From: Carcharhinus amblyrhynchos
Lineage: Eukaryota
Length of the DNA stretch: 64,000 nucleotides
Assembly (NCBI GenBank): GCA_965287045.1
Contig: OZ336871.1
Coordinates: 58,032,001 to 58,096,000 of the forward strand
Direction of reading: 5' to 3'
A model generated the notes under the pieces. That model was not told where the DNA came from. It was given only the letters and a program-made list of their open reading frames with translations, and searched no databases. Made by a program: the position numbers and the translations under genes. This document shows positions 50,286 through 63,875 of this stretch, piece after piece (positions within the stretch are counted from its first letter, which is position 1; every line of letters starts with the position of its first letter).

Positions 50286-50827
50286 TTTAATCTGTAGTTA
50301 TATCTGACTAGTTTGTTAAATGATCTCTAGCCTTCTTAAAAATTTTTCTGGAGCATTATAAGACTTGAATTAAATAAATTGCAATGGTCCTTTTTGCCTT
50401 GTTCATCTTGCACTAAAGAAAGTATCAGTAGCTAGCCACCCACCTCTTCCGTACTCATCTACAAAGGAAACCATCATGCATCAATTTTACCTTTGAGTTT
50501 GTGCACTTTCATAACTTTTTGATGTAGTGACTCAGACCACAGAAAGAATAAAAAAAGCTGCTTTCCTCTGTAAACTGGGTTTAATTTAAATTGTGCCATA
50601 AAAAATATAAAGCTTGCCACTTTTGGCTTGCCATCAACCCATTCCTTTCAAAAACAATGTGAGAACTTTAGGCATCCATACTGTTGGTTGAGAACTCTAT
50701 CCATTGGGAAAATCCCAGTGCATTAAAAAAAACTGGGAAATGCAATTCTGAGATAGCTTGGGTCAGAGAATCAAGGCTACAAGGTTGTAATAACAACTCC
50801 AACCCTCAGTCCTTGAAATAAGTCTCT

Positions 50828-50932
50828 GTGACAAAATCCAAAATTGCTGGAAAACCTCAGCAGCTCTGACAGCATCTGTGGAGAGAGAACAGAAGTAATG
50901 TTTGAAATTTGGATGATTCTTCATCAGAGCTT
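50828..50932 (-). mobile_element. Terminal repeat of a second Penelope-like family with decayed hammerhead core
   Basis: Minus strand ctCTGATGAagaatc..caaacatta..ctctctccacagatgctg..ctgctgag; similar pieces at ~845-878, ~1660-1755 and ~62905-63000. Confidence 0.55.
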
Positions 50933-51804
50933 ATGAGCCTGATTATCCCATTAGGGCCACAGGGTAATGTCTTCAAAGTTTAATCAGAGTTTACTTCAAA
51001 TCCTATATGTGCATGAGAATACAGTAACAGGAGAAGCTCTTGGGACCCATCAAGCCCACTTAAGCACAATATTCCTGAGGTATATTTCTAATAACCTTTC
51101 ATCACAATTATTTGCAAGAACCTGTCCGGGTTCTTCTTAAAATCCAATAAGGTTTCTTGATTCACCACCCTGCCAATAACCTGATTCACGCCACACTATA
51201 AGTAAAATAGCTTTCTCCCTAATTTCTTTTGTTGTCCATAATTTGTAATTATGACTGCTGGTGTTTAAATTCATGGCAGGCAATTTACTTGGATCCAATT
51301 TGTGCAAATATTTCATAATTTTAAATTCTCTACAACACTTAAGGTAGTCAAATCTTCAAATGGTTCTCCCTTAGGATCTAGATTGAACCACTTGGCCCTG
51401 CAAATGAACTCCACAATCATCATTTCTTTTTAATTAGGTTTAAGTTAGTTTTATGGCATCATTAATTCCCTGTTTGCTAGCTATTCAAAATGACTCATTT
51501 CATTTATCGAAACGCAACTTTTAATGTCTTAATACCCTTATTTTCCGAATTATTCATTGTTATGTTGTGGCTGTTATGGCGTCATCAAAAATTTCAGACT
51601 TTGTAAGGGACAAAGCGTATTTATTGATAAGAGAAACTTAGGAAGAGGAGGATTGTAGTTCTAGGCTGCCCTGCAGCACAGTTCCAGTCTTTACATGCTT
51701 CCTGCATCGCTGCTCGGTGATTCTGTCTGAGAAAGCACTCTGTGGTGTGATCATTCACTCTCACTTCCCATTAATCCCTCAAGTCTCTTTTGTTGTACTG
51801 ACTT

Positions 51805-52110
51805 AAGAATCCCTACAGTGCAGAAGGAGGCCATTCAGCCCATCAAGCCTGCACTAACATCAATCCCACTTAGGCCCTCTCCTTGTAACCCCACATATTT
51901 ACCCTGCTAATCCCCCTGACACCAATGGACAAGTTACCATGGCCGATCCACCTAACTCGCACATCTTTGGACCGCGGTAGGAAACCGGAGCCTCCAGAGG
52001 AAACCCATGCAGGCACAGGGAGAACATGCAGACTCCACACAGACAGTGACCCAAACCGGGAATCAAAAGTGCGCCCCTGGCGCTAACCACTGTGCAACTG
52101 TGCTGCCATG
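51805..52110 (-). mobile_element. HE1-like V-SINE
   Basis: Head, V-domain and CR1-type tail. Confidence 0.9.
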
Positions 52111-52555
52111 GCAGACACCCCAAACACAACATTCATTACTTATATTCTGTTCAAATTTTCTTTCCCCCGGCTGTACTGGATCAAATCCATCTCCACTCCT
52201 TCGTGACTCTTTCTGGAAGTAGGTGGGTGCCCCTCCAGTTCAGATTTTGTGCTTCCCTCTTGGACGTGTTGTCATTTGGAGCAGACTCATGCTTCTTGCA
52301 TTCAAGAGGCTTTCTTTTGATTTTCCAACTTCACCCCTCGCCATAGTCTGATGGAGAGTATTAAGGCCAGGATTGTGTTTTCCTGATGAACACTGCTGAG
52401 GGCAATGTTGGGGTATTTTTCTTAGATACTGTTGAAGGTAGAGTTTTTATATTTATGATGAATTCCACTCGGGGCACAGTTTAGGTATTGAGCTGCTGAA
52501 GATGAGATTTGGAATTTGGAGTACAAATAGCTTTGAAAAGGTTATATCTGGCAAC

Positions 52556-52900
52556 AGTGGTGATGGCCTTGTGGTATTATCACTAGAGTATTAATCCAGA
52601 AACTTAGCAATTGTCTGGGGGACCTGGGTTTGAATCCCATCATGACAGATAGTAGAATTTGAATTCAGTAAAAAAAATCTGAAATTGAGAATCTACTGAT
52701 GGCCATGAAACCATTGTCAATTGTGGGAAAAACCCATCTGGTTCACTGCCTTTTAGGGAAGGAAATCTGCTGTCTTTACCTGATCTGGTCTACATGTGAT
52801 CTGTTGGCTTTCAGCTGCCCACTGAACAAGGGCAACTAGGGATGGGCAATAAATGCTGACCAGCCAGCAACATCCATGTCCCATGAATGAATTTTTAAAA
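52556..52900 (+). mobile_element. tRNA-derived SINE sharing its 3' tail with the LDIKAAFD-type LINE
   Basis: A box tggccttgtgg, B box gggtttgaatccc; tail 'gggcaactagggatgggcaataaatgctg..cccatgaatgaat' also ends the LINE at 54940-55015. Confidence 0.8.
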
Positions 52901-55015
52901 ATTCACTTAGCAATAACCTGCTCACTGGCACTCAGCTTGGGGTCTGCCAGGGTCTCTCAGCTCCTGACCTTATTAAGCTTTGGTTCAAATGTGAACAAAA
53001 GAGTTGAACTCCAGAGGTGAGGGGAAAATGACTGCCCTTGACATCAAGGCAACATTTGAGCAGTTGTAGCAGAAAGGAGCCATAACAAAACTGGAATCAA
53101 TGGGGATTAGGGAGGAAAACTTCCCTCTGTTGGAGTCGTATCTAACACAAAGGAAGATGGCTGTGCTGATTGAAGACCAATCATTTCTGTTCCAGCACAT
53201 CACTGCAGTAGTTCCACAGGGTACCGTCCTAGGCCCAACCATCTTCAGCAGCTGCATCAATGACCTTCTTCTCATTATAAGGTCAGAAGTGGAATATTCA
53301 CTGATGATTGCACAATGTTCAGCACCATTTGTGACTCCTGAGATCCAGAGCAGTCCGTGTCCAAATGCAACAAGATCTGGACAATATCCAAACTAGGGCT
53401 GACAAGTGGCAAGTATCATGAATGTGCCAGCAGGTTAGAAGCTGCAACATTTCAAAGGGTATTTCACAGGATGTGAGTTCCAATAATGCCCAAAATAAAT
53501 ACATCATCTTGCTGATAGGAAATACTCTGGGGGAGATGATGATACCATTCAGAGAAGATATACACATGTTACTGTTCGAACAAACAAAAGCGAGGATTCA
53601 GACAGCCAAATATACAGATAATATCTTCAAAGGGAAATGGTGATATAATGGGTAAGCTTTTTGTGAAAGCAGGAGGCAGTATCCGTGTAGCAGCCTGTGC
53701 CGGTTAGCAGGCTAGAAGCAAGGGTGCAAAGTATCTTCGTGGAGACAGATAAAACCCATATCTTCACTGAACCAAGAAGAGACATTTCCCAGAATAGTTA
53801 CTCAATCGCAAACAGTGTGGTATTTATGAGCTGGCTTTTACTTATTCATCTATTAGACTGGATGTTGTTTAGGAAGGGAAAACCCTGAGTTCAGTTCTTG
53901 TAAGTGTACTTTGGATCAGAAAAATAATTCCTATTTAAACTGTGGGTGTATTTAGTAATCTTATAGGTGACTCTTAGATCATTATAGTCCTGTTCACGTA
54001 TATGTGTTATTGCATTAAATCTTCGATAAGTGTTACACTACCACTGGGCTGGTTGCTATTCTCACTGGGTATCACACGTGCTCCCTTCCTCTAGGCAAAT
54101 CTATACACCACCAGGAACTAGTGTTTCCAAATGTTTCCTCGCAGTTAACACCAGCCGACTTCATGACACAAGTAACGTTCCTGCCACAGAAGTGCCAGTC
54201 AGTGATAATCTCTAACAAATCAAAACCTAATCATTGCCGTTTGCCATTCAATAACATTGCCATTACTGAATTCCCCATTATCAACATCCTGAGAGTTACT
54301 ATTGACCACAAGTTGAACTGGACTAGCCATATAAATACTATGGCAATACAAGAGCAGGTCAGAGGCTAGGAATACTGCAGTGAGTAACTCACCTCTTAAC
54401 TCCCCAAAGCCTGTGTTCACTTAGATCAACCATGATCCTATTAAATGCCGGAGCAGGCTCAAAGGGCTGAATGGCCTACTCCTGTTCCTATTTCTTATAG
54501 TCTTACAGTAGTCTGCAACGTTTTGATAAAAGGTCTAATTTTTACTTGCCTGGATGAGTGCAGCCCAACAAAATGCCAGAAACTTAACACCATCCAGGGC
54601 AAGGCAGCCTGCTTGATTGCGCCTGCCCACAGTCACTCCTTCCACCACCGACAAACATGGCAACAGTGTGTACCATCTACAAGATGTACTGCAGGAACTC
54701 ACCAAGGCTCCATACGCAGCACCTTCCAAACCTACAATGATTATCACCTAGAGAGACAGGGGTAGCCGATACATTGGAACACCACCACCTGCAAACCACT
54801 CGCGATCCTGAGTTGAAAATGTATTGCCATTCTTTTACATGGAAATCAAAACTTGGAAATCTCTGCTGAACTTTGGGTGTACCTAAACCACATAGACTGC
54901 AGCAATTCAAAATGGCAGCTCATCACCATCTTCACCAACTTCTCAAGAGTAATTAGATATGGACAATAAATTCTGGCCTAACCAGTGATGCCCACATCCC
55001 ATGAATGAATAAAAA
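52900..55015 (+). mobile_element. L2/CR1-group LINE (LDIKAAFD-type) RT-3' fragment, interrupted by a solo LTR and a CR1 tail
   Basis: ALDIKATFE, LESYLTQRKM, VPQGTVLGPTIFSSCINDL, DHKLNWTSHI. Confidence 0.85.
53414..54168. mobile_element. Solo LTR (755 bp)
   Basis: Termini tatcatgaa...ttcatgaca (TG...CA inverted repeat with one substitution); 4-bp TSD CAAG at 53410-53413 and 54169-54172; removing it restores host 'gacaagtggcaagtaacgttc' (DKWQVTF). Confidence 0.8.
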
Positions 55016-55899
55016 GAACCCTAGGTGCACAGAGGAAGTTTAGAGTCTCCCATAGTTGGGGATCTTAGTCATTTATGGAAGCCTGTAACGTGATGCCGTG
55101 ACCACATTTACAGCTAAACATTACCCCTATAATTGTTCTCACTCTCTACTTGCATGATGCAGTCCTATGGGCCTGGCCAGCACTTGGTGACTCCTGAAAT
55201 GTCTGCTAAACAGCAATGGCTGTGAAAGGTTAAAGGTCTGTATCCAGCCTCCTAATGCTGGCCTACTACTTGGGAGGTTGTTGGTTTGCACCTCAATGCC
55301 ACTACACTACCACCTCAGTGGACAATCAACGTGGTTATCTGATTTGGATCAATCTACATTTAGATCAATCCTTAGACAGTCAAGTGAAACAAACATTTGA
55401 TGATTGTTTTCCTTACAGTGTGTTGCAACACCCCAGCCATCCTGCCATGAGTACACTGAGGCTTGCAGTTCTGCTCCTGCCTGTTGAAGACTGCCATAGA
55501 CAGTGAGATGTTGGTGCAATGCTTGAAAGGACTGCACCATGTTTACCTGCTTCACAATGAGCACTGGTGTAATTCTTGTCCCATTACAGAATGGCAACAT
55601 CATCAACCTTCTACCTAGCCTTCCAAGGATGAGGTCATCATCATGCAAGATGGTGTCTTCTCATTCTGAGATTGATGTCCTTCATTGAAATGTTTGGGAT
55701 AACAAATTAGGGTTTAATATTGATTCTGAGTGGAAGGCATGATAAAATTGGTTCAAGTAAGCTTGTTGTTTTCATCAACCTGGAACCTTGTCATGATAAG
55801 CATCTGTGTTATGTCCTTTTACTGTGGGGTATCGGCATCTTTGAGTCAGACCATTTGGTGTCCTCCTCATTGGAATAGACATGCATCTCTCCCATTTCT

Positions 55900-56879
55900 C
55901 CAACTCATTCCCCCTTTGCAGCTCCAGGTTGTGTAGAACGCGGCAAACCATGATGATGCAGGACACGGTCTGGGGCGGGCAGCAGAGAGCACCACCTAAT
56001 TGGTCCAGACATCTGAAATGGCATCTTCAACATGTCAGTGACCTTCTCAATTAAGAAGCATGTTGCAGAATGAATTGGATTGTATATCTCTGATGAAGCA
56101 GACTGTGGCCACTGACCATGTTTCATTAGCTACACCTTTTCGGAATAGCCTTTATCAGCGATGAGACAACCCAGACTGCAGCAGGAGCCCTTGAAAATCT
56201 GTGGCATTTGCAAGTGACTCAAAATGGAAGACTTATGCAAGCTTCCAGAGTAACTCAAATTACCTATGTAATTTGTTTTTAATGATCAGATGAGTTGCAG
56301 GTTGAGAGAGTGGAAACCTTTTCTATTGATTTCACATTGTGTATGCTGCTCTTAATGCCACATACATGCACCTGCCCCTGTGGGAAACTAGAGATCACTG
56401 CAAATCCCACAATTCTGCCAACCTGCTGGCTTCATCCTGAGGGAATGGAACATAATTGTGTGCCTTTCTGATTAGTGCATCATTGGCCTCTCATAGGCAT
56501 TTGTGAGCAGAGGATTGTGTTATTTCACAGGTGTCTCCACTGGCAATGATTGGCCTTCTAGTCTGTCTGGTGCCAGATCCTCCCAAAGAATATGGCACAT
56601 GTGAGCCATCACTTTCCTTGACAAAAGAAGGCATCTACAGCACTTTTTCTCTTTCATCTGCAAATGTAACAGGTATCTTCACTGCATCCTGTGTCATGCC
56701 AAATGTTCTCTCCTCCTCTTCTTCTGGGTCCTCATGGAGTTCTGCTGGCCCAGGTTCCTCTGGCAAGGTTTTCTCTTTGCCCTGCCTGACAATGAAGGGT
56801 TATTCTTCTCCTCAGTTGCATGAAAGCCACGAAGTCAGCAGCTTTGCCTGCTTTCTGCATTTTGCTCTTCTCCTTATGT
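55900..56879 (-). pseudogene. Decayed PIF/Harbinger DDE transposase
   Basis: Minus strand: GDTCEITQSSAHKC, NRKGFHSLNLQ, GSLHKSSIL, LIADKGY, YNPIHSATCFLIEKVTDMLKM.F, CRVLHNL; collinear Harbinger motifs with stops and frameshifts. Confidence 0.85.
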
Positions 56880-57812
56880 CTGGGGAAAAAAATAGATCAG
56901 AAACATGATTGCACATTAATCTACAATGATCATGTACAATCACCAAGCTAGGGAGTCATTGTGGAGCCCTTGGGCTGCCCTGTTCCAAACATTTTGTCCC
57001 CAGATTCGCGCTTGCAGCTGTAGCCCAGCATTAAGGATCACTGGTAGCTGTGTTTTGTCACCCACTTTCTCCAACACTCTCCAATGCCCCATGCATGGGA
57101 CATATTCACAAAGGGGGCTGCATGGAGATGAGTACAGCCAAGTACTTGCTATAAGTCTCAGTCAGGGTACTGTCTGATGCCTCCTTTGTTGCAGACTAGA
57201 GCCCAGCCTTGTACTAATGTAATGATTATAATTGTTAAGCCATGTGGAGCTTGAACCCTCTAAGCTGCTCTATGTAGAATTCTTTAGGGTACATTGCTTA
57301 TGTACATTAACTATGGCCTCTTTACAGTTGGATCATTCTGACCTTAGCTTATTCCCATAACAGGGACAAGTGGTCAATCAAATGCTTTCAACATTTGGCT
57401 TCAAGCACTAATGGATTCTAAGAAGAATGCACACCTTGAGTTGAGGTGTCCAAATCCTTCAATTGACATTAGAGTCTTCCTAACATGTCTCAGCTGAGCC
57501 TTGGTCCCAACCTCCTGAATCCATAATTTTCTGGTACCACGTAGTCACCTCCTCTCACAAACCCTCAGACCCCTTCCCTGGCAATTTATTTCCAAGTGTA
57601 TTTTCCAACAGCATCATTCCATTGATTGTCGAAATGCTCCCATTCTAGTATGAGACCAACTTCCAACCCCATCACCATCCATGTTGCTTCTATTATCCTA
57701 GAAGAGCATCATTTGCATCCCTTCCTCCAATCATTCTCCTGCCTTCCTTTTTAACCCTGGAACTCATTGTCATCCTAGCAGATATTCTGCTCCTGTATAG
57801 GGCATTACTATT

Positions 57813-58195
57813 ATGGTGGCATAATAAGAATATTACTGGAAGAGTAACCTAGACAACCAAGTTAGTGTTCTTGGAATAGGGGTTTAAATTCCACTACAGG
57901 CAGTTAGTGGAATTCAGTTAATAAAAATCTGGAATATAAAGCTAGTCTCAGTAGTAGCAATCTTAAAACTATCATTGATTGTTGTAAAAACCCATCTGGC
58001 TACTAATGTCCACTAGGGAAGGAAATCCTCCATTCTTACTTGGTCTGGTCTGCATGCGACTCCAGACCCACAGCAATGTGTTGACTCTTAATTACTCTCT
58101 GAAAATGGCCTAACAGGGCCCTCAACTTAAGAACAATTAAGGATGGATAACAAATGTTGGCCTTGCCAGTGACATCTACATCCTATGAAAGAATA
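57813..58195 (+). mobile_element. tRNA-derived SINE (52556 family)
   Basis: Same body and tail as 52556-52900. Confidence 0.8.
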
Positions 58196-59544
58196 AGGGG
58201 AAAAATTGAGAAGACATGAATTGGTAAGAACCATTGGGTTTGAGCACCTTGTTCTGCCACAGCTTCATTCCTTGCTATTACAGAATGTGGTGCAAAGCAC
58301 AGCAAACCACAATCATAATGCAGACCCTCACTGGTGAGTACTGAAGGGTACATCTCTGAGCACCTAAAAAGTCTTGATCGGTTTTGGACTGTAGCACAAA
58401 GCAAGCAATAGTGCATTAGCTATCCTTTTTACATTCAATTTTACTCATAAACTCTATATTATCATCAGTAAGGAGGATTTGAACTGCCTTTAAGTATTAG
58501 ATACCAATATTTGCTTTGGCACAACCTCCGTCCCATCAACAAAAATAAATGGACTGAAAACATGTACCACTTCAGTGAGAGCAGCCTATAAGCAAAACTA
58601 AGAATCAATAGAGATGAAAATGCAACACATCATATTTTGTTATTGACTCTGAGCTCTGCGTAGCGTGACCTTGTCTTGAACCTACTGTCCTGCAATCTAT
58701 ATGTATCATTTACTTCAAAGCACTAATTGGTTTATGGACTAACCAGAGAGGCGTGAAACACATTGCAATGCTCAATCACAGCCGGATGAGTCCACAAGAA
58801 GGCACTCACAGTGACAGCAGAGTGAAAAGACATAGGGATATGGCTGAAGTAATGCACATCCCTCAGGGTGTTAGAAGCAACCAGACAAGAGCACTGCCAC
58901 TTTCAACCTCTCCACCAGTGGCACATGTACAGAAACCATTTAAGAAAAACAGTCTCTATGGCTTTATCGTTCCAGGAGTGAAATGATTTCAGATTTATGT
59001 GACCAATGACTCGTGAACCATAATGGACTATTGGTCAGATAATTGTTAAGAGCTCCCCTGACTGAGTCTAGTTGACAATGATTGAGAAATCTCCCACGGC
59101 ACATAGATTAGTGAAGCTCTCACAGCTGGCAGCAAGAAGGTGCATCTCCAGAAATGTGTAAATAATGCCAATCTGAACAGGTGATGAGCAATCTCTTTTT
59201 GGATCTGGGTTGATAGCAAGATACCTGTAGCCAATTCCAAGAGATCCGCCTACTGTAAACATCCTCAAGAATGCCTTTTACAGTCCTTCTAAAAAGGGTC
59301 CACCTAATATAGCTAGAATACCTGAGCAAGTCCTAAATGCACATCTTTGTAGCAGCCAGCCCAGAATTCCCTCTCATCTGCTCCCCTGTTGGCCCTTAGC
59401 CAACAACCTGCTCCAACACCAAACTGGCACCTGTGATTTTGGAGTCTACAACCAAAATTCAGGAACAGAAAAAGTTATTGCTAATTGCAAAACTATATGA
59501 ATTGTGTAGCAGCTAAATTTGAATCAGAAGATGCCCACCTAAGA

Positions 59545-61363
59545 AATATTGAAACTAGGATCAGGAGGCCATTCAGCCCTTGAGCCTGCTCCACCATTCA
59601 ACATGATCATGGCAGATCGTCAATCTCAATGCCATATTTGCGCTTTCTCTCCAAACTGCTTGATGCCATTAAAATATTTTAAAAACTATCTCTTTCTTGA
59701 ATACATTCAGTGACTTGCCTCCATGGCCTTCCATGGCTAGAGGATTCCACTGATTCATTATCCCTTCAATGAAGAAACCTTTCCTCATTTCAGTCCTGAA
59801 TGGTTTACCCGTATACTGAGACTGTGTCCCCTAGTTCTAGATTCTCCAATCAAGGAAAACATCCTTCCTGCATCTAGTCTGTGCAGGCCTGTTAGAATTT
59901 CATGTTTCAATTAGATCTCCACACATTGTTCTAAATTCCAGTGAATACAAGTGTGGTCGAACCAATCTCTCGTCATTGGACATAAGAACATAAGAACATA
60001 AGAAATAGGAGCAGGAGTAGGCCAACTAACCCTTCGAGCCTGCCCCGCCATTCAATAAGATCATGGCTGATCTGTCGTGGCTCAGTTCCACATTCCCGCC
60101 CTCTCCCCATAACCCTTAATCAATCCTGGTATCAACCTTGTGAACCTCTGTTGCATTCCCTCAATGGCAAGTATATCCTTTCTTAGATTAGGAGACCAAA
60201 ATTGCACGCAATAATCAAGGTGTGGTCTCACCAAGGCCCTTTATACCTGTAGTAAGACATCCCTACTTCTGAACTCGTATCCTCTTGCAATGAAGTCCAA
60301 CATACCATTTGCCTTTCTAATTGCTTGCTGCACCTGCCTCTCCATTTTTATTGATGGATGTAGAAGGACATCCAGATTCTTCTGTAGATCTACACTTCCT
60401 ATTATATCACCAATGAAATAATACTCTTCCTTTCTGCTTTTCACACCAAAGTGCATAACTTCACATTGAGCCACATCATGCTGCATCTGTTACGTATTTA
60501 TCTACTCACTCAACTTGTCTAAATCCCCTTGAAGCCTCCTTGTATCCTCCTCACAATTCACAATTCCACCCAGTTTTGTGTCGTCAGTGAAGTTGGAAAT
60601 ATTACATTTGGTTTCCTCATCCAAGTCATTTATATGTATTATGAATAGCTGGGATCAAAGCACTGATCCCTGCAGTATCCCACTAGTCACGGCCTGCCAC
60701 TCAGGAAATGACCCATTTATTCCCACTCTCTGTGTCCTTTCTGTCAACCAATTCTCAATCCATGCCATGCATTACTCCCTTGCCATGTGCTGGACACCAA
60801 CATCTTATCAGGGACCTTAGCAAAAGCCTTCTGAAAGTTTAAATACACCACATCCATGTTCTCCCTTATGTCCCTTATTCTACTAGTTACATCCTCACAA
60901 AACTCCAGTGTGGCATGTGGCACAGTGGTTAGCACTGCTGTCTCACAGCGCCAGGGACCCAGGTTCAATTCCCGGCTTGATCACTGTCTGTATGGAGTTT
61001 TCATGTTCTCCCTGTGTCTGCGTGGGTTTCCTTCGGGTTCCCTGATTTCCTCTCACAATCCAAAGATGTCTGGGTTTAGTGGATTGGCTGTGCTAAATTG
61101 CCCGTTAGTGTCAGGAGGACTAGTTAGGGTAAATGCATGGGTTTATGGGGATAGGGCCTGGGTGGGGTTGTGATTGATGCAGACTTGCCGAGCCAAATGA
61201 CTTCCTTCTGCAATGTAGGATTTTATGAATCTATGGATTTGTTAAGCATGATCTGCCTTTCATAAAGTCATTGCTGGCATTGTCCAATCCCTGTTAATGC
61301 TTTCCAAAAATTCTGCTATGACATCTTTTATAATAGCCTCTAGTATCTTCCCCACTACTGATG
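59545..61363 (-). mobile_element. CR1 RT and 3' end, interrupted by a young CR1 tail (59981-60120) and an HE1 SINE
   Basis: MDVVYLNFQKAFAKVP, CEVMHFG, KANGMLDFIARG. Confidence 0.9.
60912..61235 (+). mobile_element. HE1-like V-SINE
   Basis: Head, V-domain and CR1-type tail. Confidence 0.9.
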
Positions 61364-63469
61364 TCAGGGGAAAAGAGTCCAGTTATCAATTGTTGTTTGA
61401 CCTCTACACAGATTGCTGCTCCAGTGACAGTAGCTGACAGAATGGGCAGTAACCTGACTTTGGTAGCTGGGATCCACAGTGTTGTGTCTCAGAACTTTCA
61501 GGATTTCACAGCCGCCACCCAGCCCATTGACAAGGGGAAATAGATTTAAGGCCCTGTGGAATGGTGATGACCTGAAGTGCAATCTACTTGGTGTCCCTGT
61601 CTGCCAGGACATTAGCACCCAACAAGCCAGGCTCAGACCTTCCTCTTCAGGACACCTTGTCATTATCCAGTAGAAGGTAATGCCAGGCTGCCTGGACACA
61701 AACTCCAGAGATGCAGCTGGCAGTGGCACCCTTCCAGGGGCAAGCTGCCATGAGAGTCGGATATCCCATCTCAGTCCCATTAACTTTTATAGAACAAGAG
61801 CACATTTCACAATATTTGGCTCTCAGTTGCTTTTATGACAAACGCTAAAAAGTGTGTAAGAAAGACATGTTTAGCTAATCAGAGAAAGCACACTTTCAGG
61901 AGAGGATAGTTTAAGTGTTGTTCATTTTGAGTTTGCTGCGTTAAAGGAGAATGTGCATTTATATCATGCTCTGTTAACAACAGTGATAAGAACTTCACGG
62001 CTGATTTTATGCTGACTTATTCAATTGGATAATTCTTATTGGCATGGTCAGGTAGAGGAAAAGAGAACTGATACATTATGACGTTTTAGGAAAGGGACTG
62101 GATTTAGGATTAGCCCTTTATTTGAAGGTTTGCAAGGAGCTGAGGCAGTGGTGACAACAGTAGATTGTTAAACAGATGTGAACCCTTCAAATCAATTGTG
62201 CTCTGATGCCCAATCCAGCAGCCACTGAGGAGTTCTCTGTGTTCTGATGCTCTCCTTTAAATATTTTGCCTCCAAAGCAGCTCTGGCCATCTCAGTAGGA
62301 ATATCCACATCCATAGCTTTCAGAATGGCAGAGCCATGTAGGGCAGAACGAGCCACAAAAACGCGGGACAAAATAAGCTGGAACATACTGCAGAGTCCTC
62401 CTTAGGTTTCAAAGCAATAAAAGGGCTGCTTTGGAATCCTGATTGTCCTTTTGCTAATCACTCTGCTAGAGGCATGTAGCTCATAGGAGGGCTTCTTTAC
62501 ATCTGTTCACTCAACTCTGAAAGGGGTGCACATCATGTCCCTATTTCACAAACATGATTAAGTAGTTATAGGAAATGATGCATGAGAAAGATGGTGCACA
62601 TCAACTTCAGAACGCTTTTGACAAGGCACCATGCAGGAAACTACCGGAGAAAATTTGAGGAAGGATAGAGAATTGGTTAAAGGGTAGTTAGTAAGGAGGA
62701 AATAGGAAGGATGAGTTTTGGACAGCTGTTCAAAGTGGTTGGAAGAGGGAAACAGTGTCTCTCAGGACCCTTTTGTGGAATTGCTTCTGCTCACTGTGTA
62801 CATCAATGATTTGCATAAAGGGCAAGAGGGAGTGGGTTCAACATTACAGGCAATAATGAAGTAGGAGAAGCAATGTTGAGAACCAAAGGAAACTAAGAGA
62901 TCATATAATAAAATCAGAAAATGCTGGAAAGACTCAGCAACTCTGGCAGTATCTGTGGAGAGAGGAACAGATATAATGTTTCGAGTCCATATGACTCTTT
63001 TAAAAAATTTATTCATAGGATGTAGGCGTCACTAGCTGATCCAGCACTGATTTTCCATTCCTGAGGGCATTTAAGAACAAACAAACCGAGAGCAAGAGAA
63101 TTAAAGTCTCTATTCCCCTATGTCATGTGCACAATCATTGGAAGGAGTTAATAGTGGGTCGAGGTTGCAGTTGCTGCGAGACTGTGCCAACATTCTTGCC
63201 TATTCCACTCAAACCTCTTTCTACTGGGAATTACCTTACCCAAAGCCATTGATCAGAATTACATTTGTCATTCTCTCCCAAATCTAGGAGTTCTATAACT
63301 GGGGCATGGTAACAAGAAGAATTTGATAAAGGAAGAGGCAGAAATTTGGGTGTTTTAGAATTCAATTTTAAGCAGCATCACCATCATACAATTAGAGTGT
63401 ACATTTCTGTATGTTTGTATATGGCTCTCACTAAGAATCTGGGCTTTGGCTAATGTCGACTCCTCTTCT

Positions 63470-63875
63470 AAAGCATATGGAAAAATAGACCTTTTCATAA
63501 ATATCCAGAAAACTAAGGCCCACAGCAAACTCCAAACTCCCCCTTCCCAAAACTAAGACCATCAGCAAAGATCCTGGAAAACGTGTACTATTTTCCGTAT
63601 CTTGGGAATGTCCTCTCCAACGAAGGCAGGCATGGATGACAAAATTCATCATTGTCTCCTATGTACCAGCTCCCTGGCTAAAGGAAAGAGTATTTGAGGA
63701 GCATGATCTCAAACCTGAGACTAGGGTCCTAGGGCAGTGATCATCCCGCTCCAATATACTTCAGAGACTTGGACAGCCTACAGCAAACATCTCAAAGCAC
63801 CACCAGAGGTGTCTTTGCAAGATCCTCTAAATCTAGTGGCAAGAAAGGCAGTTCAACAGTAAGGTCATTTCCCAA
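63470..63875 (+). mobile_element. RTE-clade LINE C-terminal fragment
   Basis: LENVYYFPYLG, DDKIHHCL, YTSETWTAYSKHLKA. Confidence 0.7.

Noticed and set aside
61361-61780. Possible CR1 ORF1 remnant (NRFKAL motif)
   Set aside because: A single short motif with no GDS esterase signature; not enough to call
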